Assembly: GCF_015582655.1 (NCBI RefSeq)
Contig: NZ_CP058255.1
Direction: 5' to 3' (one strand)
Length of the DNA: 24,000 nt
Origin: Priestia megaterium
Lineage (GTDB): Bacteria; Bacillota; Bacilli; Bacillales; Bacillaceae_H
A model generated the notes under the pieces. The model was not told the origin of the DNA and searched no databases. It worked only from the letters and a program-made list of their open reading frames with translations. Shown here piece by piece: positions 17,499-23,410 of this stretch (positions are counted from its first letter, which is position 1; every line of letters starts with the position of its first letter). Position numbers and translations under genes: made by a program.

Positions 17499-17912
17499 AT
17501 GAAAATTGAAAAATTCAAATTTAACGAAACCGGCCTTAATCGCTTTTTTGGCCCGCTTGAAGCAAAAATTATGACGGCTTTATGGAACGGAAGTGAAATG
17601 TCTATTAAAGACGTGCAGCACGTGCTTGAGAAAGAAAAAGCAGTGAACTTCAACACCGTTATGACCGTTATGAATCGATTGGTGGAAAAAGGCGTGTTGC
17701 AAAAGCGTTTAAAAGGACGTACGTCGATGTATCAGCCGATTCTTTCTAAAGAGGAATTTATCGACGCTCAGTCGAAAGAGTTAACGCACGAATTGATCGA
17801 CGAATTTGGCTCGCTTGCTGTTACTCATATGCTTGATGCGTTAGAAGAAGTCGATGATTCACTGTTAAGCATGCTCGAATCAAAAGTCAAACAGTTAAAA
17901 AAGGATGAATAA
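17499..17912 (+). CDS. BlaI/MecI/CopY-family transcriptional repressor
   Basis: The winged-helix N-terminus LGPLEAKIMTALW..MSIKDVQHVL......NTVMTVMNRLVEKGVLQK..GRTSMYQP fits the family. The ATG lies 6 nt after GAGGTG. There is no C-terminal CxC metal motif. Confidence 0.85.
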   Translation: MKIEKFKFNETGLNRFFGPLEAKIMTALWNGSEMSIKDVQHVLEKEKAVNFNTVMTVMNRLVEKGVLQKRLKGRTSMYQPILSKEEFIDAQSKELTHELIDEFGSLAVTHMLDALEEVDDSLLSMLESKVKQLKKDE

Positions 17913-17915
17913 TCA

Positions 17916-18767
17916 ATGAATCAAGGAATACTAAAGCGTTCTAAGCTTATTTTTAACCTGTGCTTTTTTATTGCCGTGACGTTGCTTATGCAAATGGGCA
18001 TGTATGTGCTGCATTTGCTGTTTGGATGGAATTTATCGTTTAACTTAATTTTACTTTGTAACAAAGTAGCCCACTTTTTCGGCTTGTTTTTTATTGAATA
18101 CATGCTGAATGCGGTTATTTTTCATACGATGTTCGTACTGTTCATTAAAGCTGTAAAGCAAGTGATTCAAATTCGGAAAGTCCGTAAAATGATTACGAAG
18201 CTGCGACATGAAACAGCAACGGCTCACCTGCAAAAAGCGTACGGAAAGAATTTAACAGTTTTAACAACAGATCAGCCTATTGCATTAACAATGGGGCTGT
18301 TTACACCGCACATCGTTCTGTCTACAGGGTTGCTCTCAGTGCTTGATGAAAATGAACTAGAAGCTGTTATTTACCACGAGCAGTCACACGTTGCAAACAA
18401 AGATCCGCTCAAAACATTTTTACTAAGCACGCTTGCTTCTGCATTATGGTATATTCCGTTTATTAAATGGAGCCATAAACGTTTCAAAGTCATGCGTGAA
18501 GTGCTGGCTGATCAAGATGCCATTGTGAAAAATGGCACGTCTGCTCACATCGGCAGCGCCCTTTTAAAAATGGTTAAAACGGGACAGACAAGTCTTTCGT
18601 GTGCGCACGTATCATTTGCTGATACGTCGGTTAATTATCGCATTCAATATATTTTAAATCCGGAAACGAAAATGCCGATGCAGCCTCCTGTTGTTTTAAC
18701 GCTGACGTCGCTATACGTGTTTTTTATTTTGTGTGCGCTAATTTTTACAGCTCTAACAGCTTTGTAA
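17916..18767 (+). CDS. M56-family (BlaR1/MecR1-like) membrane metalloprotease lacking the C-terminal sensor domain
   Basis: The gene starts 3 nt after the repressor stop. The product has TM helices and the zinc motif YHEQSHV (HExxH). At 283 aa it is about half the length of BlaR1. Confidence 0.8.
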   Translation: MNQGILKRSKLIFNLCFFIAVTLLMQMGMYVLHLLFGWNLSFNLILLCNKVAHFFGLFFIEYMLNAVIFHTMFVLFIKAVKQVIQIRKVRKMITKLRHETATAHLQKAYGKNLTVLTTDQPIALTMGLFTPHIVLSTGLLSVLDENELEAVIYHEQSHVANKDPLKTFLLSTLASALWYIPFIKWSHKRFKVMREVLADQDAIVKNGTSAHIGSALLKMVKTGQTSLSCAHVSFADTSVNYRIQYILNPETKMPMQPPVVLTLTSLYVFFILCALIFTALTAL

Positions 18768-18773
18768 GTTTGT

Positions 18774-18810
18774 AAGAGAGAGAGAAAGAAAAGAAAAGAA
18801 AAGAAGGAGA
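18774..18810 (+). repeat. 37-nt uninterrupted polypurine tract, (GA)n then (GAAAA)3, ending in the bdbD SD
   Basis: AAGAGAGAGAGAAAGAAAAGAAAAGAAAAGAAGGAGA. It is preceded by the direct duplication TTTGTAAG-TTTGTAAG, which spans the M56 stop codon. Confidence 0.8.
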
Positions 18811-18817
18811 TGAGATT

Positions 18818-19525
18818 GTGTCAAAAGCAAAGAAAAAGAAAAAAGTAACGCCCAATCAGCAAACGTCCTCGAGCAAGTGGATTTTTTGGGTGATTGGAAT
18901 TATTGCGGTCTGTATTTTAGGGTTAATCGTCCTTTCTAATATGTCAAAGGGCGGAGAAGATGAAAAGGCCGCTCTTACATATGATAATCAGCCGTATCTT
19001 GGAAAAGAGTCAGCTCCGGTAGAAGTAGTAGAGTTTGGAGATTACAAATGCCCGGCTTGTAAAAACTTCACGGAATCCTTTTTCCCGCTGATTCAAAAAG
19101 ATTATGTAGATACAGGGAAAGTCAAATTCTACTTTATGAACTATGCGTTTATCAACAATGACTCCTCTCGTGCAGCAGAGTTTGCTGAAACAGTATACAA
19201 AGAGCTTGGAAACGATACATTTTGGAAATTCCATGAACTTCTTTATAAAAAGCAAAACGCAGCGGACGAAAAGAAAGATGTCTTAACGGAATCTTACTTA
19301 GAAGATACGCTGAAAGAAGTATCTAGCGATGCCGATGCGAAAAAAGTAGCGAGTGCATTTAAAGACGGAAAAGGAAAAGATGGGTTTGATCAAGATATGA
19401 AGACAGCCACTGATTTAGGCATCACAGGTACACCCACCATTTATGTAGGCGGCAAAAAATTCGAAGGAAAAACAATCGATGACTTTGATCAAATGGTCAA
19501 AGATGCGGCTAAGGAGAACAAATAA
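18818..19525 (+). CDS. bdbD: Thiol-disulfide oxidoreductase, DsbA family (BdbD-like), membrane-anchored
   Basis: The product has an N-terminal TM anchor and the active site CPACKNF in a thioredoxin fold (VEFGDYKCPAC). GTG lies 6 nt after GAAGGAGAT. Confidence 0.85.
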   Translation: MSKAKKKKKVTPNQQTSSSKWIFWVIGIIAVCILGLIVLSNMSKGGEDEKAALTYDNQPYLGKESAPVEVVEFGDYKCPACKNFTESFFPLIQKDYVDTGKVKFYFMNYAFINNDSSRAAEFAETVYKELGNDTFWKFHELLYKKQNAADEKKDVLTESYLEDTLKEVSSDADAKKVASAFKDGKGKDGFDQDMKTATDLGITGTPTIYVGGKKFEGKTIDDFDQMVKDAAKENK

Positions 19526-19935
19526 TGAACAAGTCTTTGGTTTTCGGGTGGATTACAGCGCTTATCGCGATGCTTGGAAGCTTGACGTTTAGTGAAGTTC
19601 TTCACTTTATCCCGTGTGAACTTTGCTGGTATCAGCGAATTTTAATGTATCCGCTCGCGATTGTGCTAGGTGTAGCCGTGTACCGGAATGATATGGTCAT
19701 CTACAAATACGTCCTGCCGTTTTCTGTGATTGGTATGGCGCTTTCAGGCTATCATTATTGCTTGCAGAAGATACCGGCTCTTAAAGCATTTGAAACGTGT
19801 ACAAGCGGTGTTCCTTGCTCAGGTCAATATATTAACTGGCTTGGGTTTATCACCATTCCTTTTTTAGCGTTTATCGCGTTTACTATCATTACAATTACGA
19901 TGCTTGTTCTTCGCAAGCAGACGAAAAAAGCTTAA
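19525..19935 (+). CDS. bdbC: Disulfide bond formation protein B (BdbC-like)
   Basis: The product has four TM helices, CELCWYQR (CxxC) and a second Cys pair, CTSGVPC. The start overlaps the bdbD stop (TAATG). Confidence 0.88.
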   Translation: MNKSLVFGWITALIAMLGSLTFSEVLHFIPCELCWYQRILMYPLAIVLGVAVYRNDMVIYKYVLPFSVIGMALSGYHYCLQKIPALKAFETCTSGVPCSGQYINWLGFITIPFLAFIAFTIITITMLVLRKQTKKA

Positions 19936-19956
19936 CCTCCGGGTTAAGCTTTTTTG
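19924..19956. terminator. Bidirectional intrinsic terminator after bdbC
   Basis: AAAAAGCTTAACC-TCCG-GGTTAAGCTTTTT. The bdbC stop lies in the left arm. Confidence 0.85.
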
Positions 19957-19965
19957 TATGAAAAC

Positions 19966-20037
19966 AAAAAAAGGCCCGCTTCCAAGAAGCGGGTGCAAAT
20001 AGGGTACATCTATGAAAAATGATGAAATTGTTTTGAC
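19966..20037 (-). ncRNA. Candidate small RNA, unit A1 (about 72 nt, ends approximate)
   Basis: On the minus strand: TTTTCAC-N4-TTTTCAC (20060-20077), 10 nt, TATACT (20044-20049). The terminator is GCCCGCTTC/GAAGCGGGT plus U7. There is no experimental or homology support. Confidence 0.3.
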
Positions 20038-20123
20038 AAGAACAGTATATAAAAGAAAAGTGAAAAAACGGTGAAAAGAGAAAAGCTTTTTTAAAAAATA
20101 AGGTGAAAATATGCTTTTCTTAC

Positions 20124-20196
20124 AAAAAAAGCCCCGCTCACAAAAAGCGGGGAATAAATAGGGGTCATTTATGAAAAATGATGAAATTGCTTTGAC
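20124..20196 (-). ncRNA. Candidate small RNA, unit A2 (about 73 nt, ends approximate)
   Basis: On the minus strand: direct repeat 20219-20236, 10 nt, TATACT (20203-20208). The terminator is CCCCGCT/AGCGGGG plus U7. Confidence 0.3.
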
Positions 20197-20258
20197 AAAC
20201 TTAGTATACAAAAGAAAAGTGAAAAAACGGTGAAAAGATGGAAGCTTTTAGAAAAAAT

Positions 20259-20336
20259 AAAAAAAGACCTGTTTTTGGGAAACAGATCACTAGAAAGGGA
20301 GTAAAACTATGAAAAAATATGCTAATTGGCTTCGCA
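20259..20336 (-). ncRNA. Candidate small RNA, unit B1 (about 78 nt, ends approximate)
   Basis: On the minus strand: direct repeat 20359-20376, 10 nt, TAGGAT (20343-20348). The terminator is GACCTGTTT/AAACAGATC (one mismatch) plus U7. Confidence 0.3.
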
Positions 20337-20390
20337 AGTACTATCCTATACCTTTATGGTGAAAAAACGGTGAAAAGAAAAGCGGGATAT

Positions 20391-20445
20391 AAAAAAGACC
20401 TGCTTTGGGGAAACAGGTCTTTAGAATATGCTAATTGGCTTCGCA
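20391..20445 (-). ncRNA. Candidate small RNA, unit B2 (about 55 nt; carries a 22-nt internal deletion)
   Basis: On the minus strand: direct repeat 20468-20485, 10 nt, TAGAAT (20452-20457). The terminator is AGACCTG/CAGGTCT plus U6. Confidence 0.25.
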
Positions 20446-20499
20446 AATACGATTCTATACCTTTATGGTGAAAAAACGGTGAAAAGAAAAGCGGGATAT

Positions 20500-20576
20500 A
20501 AAAAAGACCTGCTTTGGGGAAACAGGTCTTTAGAAAGGGAGTAAAACTATGAAAAAATATGCTAATTGGCTTCGCA
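20500..20576 (-). ncRNA. Candidate small RNA, unit B3 (about 77 nt, ends approximate)
   Basis: On the minus strand: direct repeat 20599-20616, 10 nt, TAGGAT (20583-20588). The terminator is AGACCTG/CAGGTCT plus U6. Confidence 0.3.
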
Positions 20577-20729
20577 AATACAATCCTATACCTTTATGGT
20601 GAAAAGATAGTGAAAACGATATTAGGATATAGCTCCTATTTTTCCATATTATAGATTCATTTCTCTTTAATAGGGTATACGTTCATTAGAATCGATATAA
20701 ACTTAAAGAGCTGCCAGGGAGGTATATAT

Positions 20730-21212
20730 ATGGAAAAGAAACACGAAGCAACTACAAATCATCGCGTCGTTCATCGCGCTCGAAATAGCTGGTCAGGCTT
20801 TTTGTTTGGCGTAGGGTTAGTTGCTTTTATTGATGAAGCAGTGTTTCATCAGCTGCTTCATTGGCATCATTTTTATGATAAGTCCACAACGGCCGCTGGT
20901 TTAGTGTCGGACGGTTTGTTTCATGCATTCAGCTGGTTCGCTACAATTGCATCACTTTTTATGGTGGCAGATCTCAGGCGCCGAGGCGGCTGGTGGGTGA
21001 AAAGGTGGATAGGAGGAGTATTGCTTGGAGCCGGGGCGTTTCAGCTTTATGACGGGACCGTGCAGCATAAGCTTATGGGACTTCATCAAATCCGGTACGG
21101 AGTGAAGATTGCACCTTACGATATTACGTGGAATGTACTTGCATGTTTGATGCTGCTTATTGGCATCATGTTAACATGGTTTACACGTAAACAAGGTGCA
21201 CATCATGATTAA
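20730..21212 (+). CDS. DUF2243 domain-containing membrane protein
   Basis: The His-rich TM motif FIDEAVFHQLLHWHHFYD and a four-TM layout of about 160 aa fit DUF2243 as I recall it. AGGGAGG RBS is present. The gene is coupled to the downstream CtaG-like gene. Confidence 0.6.
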   Translation: MEKKHEATTNHRVVHRARNSWSGFLFGVGLVAFIDEAVFHQLLHWHHFYDKSTTAAGLVSDGLFHAFSWFATIASLFMVADLRRRGGWWVKRWIGGVLLGAGAFQLYDGTVQHKLMGLHQIRYGVKIAPYDITWNVLACLMLLIGIMLTWFTRKQGAHHD

Positions 21213-21963
21213 ATATGAAGTATTGTCTCAGCTTTTATTAGCCCTGCCTTTTGCCGCTGCCTTTTTTTTATACATGCGGGCTGTAGCGTCTTCAAATGCA
21301 ACGTATAGAAAATGGTCATTATATAGGACGTCCAGCTGGACACTTGGTATTTTATGCGCCATATTTTCCGTAGCCGGACCGCTCGCAGCCCGTGCTCATA
21401 TGGACTTTACTGCGCATATGACGGGGCATTTGCTTTTAGGTATGTTAGCTCCGCTTTTAATGGCGTTAGGAGCACCTCTTACGCTGCTGCTTCGCACGCT
21501 TCCGGTTCATTCAGCCAGAAAAGTATCAAAACTTTTAAAAGGGCGGTTTGTTCGGTTCATCAGCAGTCCGGTGACAGCTTCTGTTCTTAACGTAGGAGGA
21601 CTTTGGATTCTTTATACAACAAGTCTGTATGGCATGATGCATCACTCTTTTTTCGTGCATGTCGCTGTACATAATCACGTATTTTTAGCCGGCTATTTAT
21701 TCACCGTATCGATGATTTCAATCGATCCTTCGCCGCATCAAAAAACTTTTACGCACCGAGCGTCCGTATTGGTTCTTGCTCTTGCTGCTCACGGTATTTT
21801 ATCAAAATATGTGTACGCTCACCCGCCTATGCACGTCTCGACGGAAGGGGCGCAGCAAGGGGCTATGCTGATGTATTACGGAGGCGATTTAATCGACTTA
21901 TGTTTAATTGTACTTCTTTGTTATGAATGGTTTAAGCGGTTTCAAAAAGTCTCTTTTACATAA
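21205..21963 (+). CDS. Cytochrome c oxidase assembly factor CtaG-like membrane protein (Caa3_CtaG family)
   Basis: The product is polytopic with HMTGHLLLGMLAPLLMALGAP and histidine-rich helices typical of the family. The ATG at 21205 lies 6 nt after AAGGTG and overlaps the upstream stop (ATGATTAA). Confidence 0.7.
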   Translation: MIKYEVLSQLLLALPFAAAFFLYMRAVASSNATYRKWSLYRTSSWTLGILCAIFSVAGPLAARAHMDFTAHMTGHLLLGMLAPLLMALGAPLTLLLRTLPVHSARKVSKLLKGRFVRFISSPVTASVLNVGGLWILYTTSLYGMMHHSFFVHVAVHNHVFLAGYLFTVSMISIDPSPHQKTFTHRASVLVLALAAHGILSKYVYAHPPMHVSTEGAQQGAMLMYYGGDLIDLCLIVLLCYEWFKRFQKVSFT

Positions 21964-22003
21964 AAAACGCGCAGAAAGCATGGTGCTTTCTGCGCGTTTT
22001 TTT
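21962..22003. terminator. Bidirectional intrinsic terminator
   Basis: AAAAAACGCGCAGAAAGCA-TGGT-GCTTTCTGCGCGTTTTTTT lies between two convergent genes. Confidence 0.9.
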
Positions 22004-22886
22004 AGTGAATGTTTCGTTTTTTAAAGCGTCCGCCGCGGACTTCGGTAATATCTGCAACAGCTAAAAAGGCAGTAGGGTCAAAATCTTCAACAATGGTTTT
22101 TAGCTTTGATTCTTCAAGGCGCGTAATGATGCAGAAAATCACTTTTTTATCATCGCCCGTATAAGCACCTTCACCGTGCAAATAGGTAACGCCTCGACCT
22201 AGACGCGCATTAATCGCATCGCCGATGTCATCAGAATGATCACTAATAATCCAAGCTGATTTTGATTCTTCTAATCCTTCTACAACTGTATCAATGGCTT
22301 TGGCCGCAATGATGTACGCAAGGATGGAATACATGGCGCGGTCCCACGTGAACACAAATCCCGCTGCTCCTAAAATGAAGAAGTTGAAAAACATCACAAT
22401 TTCTCCTACAGAAAACGGAATTTTTTTGCTGATTAAAATGGCAAGTATCTCCGTACCGTCAAGCGCTCCGCCGTAGCGAATTACGAGTCCAATTCCAATT
22501 CCGAGAATAATCCCTCCAAAAACGGTAGCAAGAAGAACGTCTGCGGTAAACGCGGGGACATGGTGAAACCTAGAAGTTAAGATGGATAAAACCAGTATGC
22601 CAAAAATAGTGGAAAGGGCAAATGTTTTCCCCATTTGCTTGTACCCGATAAATACAAACGGAAGATTTAGTACAAAAAGAAAGATTCCTAGATTTACGCC
22701 AGTAATATGCGAAAGCATGATGGAAATACCGGTAATTCCTCCGTCGACAACGTGGTTTGGAACGAGAAAAATCTCAAGTCCTGTGGCCATGAGCAGGGCA
22801 CCGATCGCAATAGCGATGGCCCTACCAAATACCTGTCCCTTGGACAGCTTTCGGTGCTGAATTTTCGCTTTTTCGAGTTCTGTCAT
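22002..22886 (-). CDS. YitT-family membrane protein (with DUF2179 C-terminal domain)
   Basis: GLEIFLVPNHVVDGGITGISIML plus a soluble C-terminal domain are typical of YitT. The ATG at 22886 lies 8 nt after AAAGGAG; the ATG at 22892 is too close to the SD. Confidence 0.85.
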   Translation of the reverse strand: MTELEKAKIQHRKLSKGQVFGRAIAIAIGALLMATGLEIFLVPNHVVDGGITGISIMLSHITGVNLGIFLFVLNLPFVFIGYKQMGKTFALSTIFGILVLSILTSRFHHVPAFTADVLLATVFGGIILGIGIGLVIRYGGALDGTEILAILISKKIPFSVGEIVMFFNFFILGAAGFVFTWDRAMYSILAYIIAAKAIDTVVEGLEESKSAWIISDHSDDIGDAINARLGRGVTYLHGEGAYTGDDKKVIFCIITRLEESKLKTIVEDFDPTAFLAVADITEVRGGRFKKRNIH

Positions 22887-23019
22887 TTGCATGTCTCCTT
22901 TGATGTCTCCTATGTATTTCCCACTTTAGAAAAGTGAAACTATCTTTAATTATACCTTACTATGCACAATTAGTGGGGATAGACGGCTTAATTACTTGTT
23001 TCATCCTATAAAAAAAGCC

Positions 23020-23133
23020 TGCTTTAGAGTCATAAGCAGGCTTTTTAAGGAGTAAAACGATGAAAAAAGATATTGGCTTCACGGCTTTAACTATATAGAA
23101 AATTGATGAAAAAACAGTGAAAATGCCGGCATG
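23020..23133 (-). repeat. Sixth, diverged and solitary copy of the array module (candidate RNA about 23020-23093)
   Basis: On the minus strand: TTTTCAC-N4-TTTTCAT (23116-23133), 10 nt, TATAGT (23100-23105). The terminator is AGCCTGCTT/AAGCAGGCT plus U7. It shares the core GGAGTAAAAC-N-ATGAAAAAA and the ATTGGCTTC block with B units. Confidence 0.7.
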
Positions 23134-23186
23134 TGCGCCAAGAAAATCGGGGATACTAGTTAAAAAAGCCAAAAGGAGATGACGAA

Positions 23187-23312
23187 ATGAGCGTGTGGAT
23201 GATCTATAATCACTTGATGCATTCGCAAATCTTTTTAAGCAGCGTATTAATTAGCGGTATTCTTCTTGTTAGCGGAGGATTTGTGTACGGCAGAATAATG
23301 AGCAAAAAGTGA
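23187..23312 (+). CDS. Small hydrophobic peptide (41 aa, one TM helix, C-terminal KK)
   Basis: This ORF is below the ORF-track cutoff. AAAGGAGAT lies 6 nt upstream of the ATG. Product is MSVWMIYNHLMHSQIFLSSVLISGILLVSGGFVYGRIMSKK. Confidence 0.4.
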   Translation: MSVWMIYNHLMHSQIFLSSVLISGILLVSGGFVYGRIMSKK

Positions 23313-23410
23313 ACCTAATATTGCCACGGATAGGTTGTTGATGGAAGATGCTCACTAGTAGCTTGGTTAATGTTATACTTGCTCCATAAGCTTAGCGTGG
23401 AGGTGTCAGC

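Larger units (their letters stand above)
19966..20616 (-). repeat. Tandem array of five modular promoter-to-terminator units (A1, A2, B1, B2, B3)
   Basis: The units are A1 19966-20077, A2 20124-20236, B1 20259-20376, B2 20391-20485 and B3 20500-20616. An 81-nt stretch is exactly duplicated (20346-20426 equals 20455-20535). Every unit has the same motif order and spacing; see findings. Confidence 0.9.

Noticed and set aside
19864-20211. 115-aa minus-strand ORF across the repeat units
   Set aside because: It runs through the bdbC terminator and two repeat units. Its internally repeated, Phe/Lys-rich low-complexity product is a by-product of A/T-rich tandem repeats, and it has no RBS.
20012-20602. 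Micro-ORFs as RiPP, bacteriocin or quorum-peptide precursors linked to bdbDC (by analogy with the sublancin operon bdbA/bdbB)
   Set aside because: The peptides contain no Cys, no signal or leader-like region and no conserved core. The frame is not conserved between unit types, and no modification or export genes are adjacent.
19966-20616. CRISPR array
   Set aside because: The repeat units are 95-118 bp and homologous over their whole length, with no short constant repeats alternating with unique spacers. There are no cas genes in the window.
20611-20624. cre (CcpA) site-like TGAAAACGATATTA in unit B3
   Set aside because: It is a 13/14 match to the loose cre consensus, but it misses the conserved C at position 13. 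It arises from the distal GTGAAAA heptamer. The equivalent position in the other units has a shifted CG and does not match.
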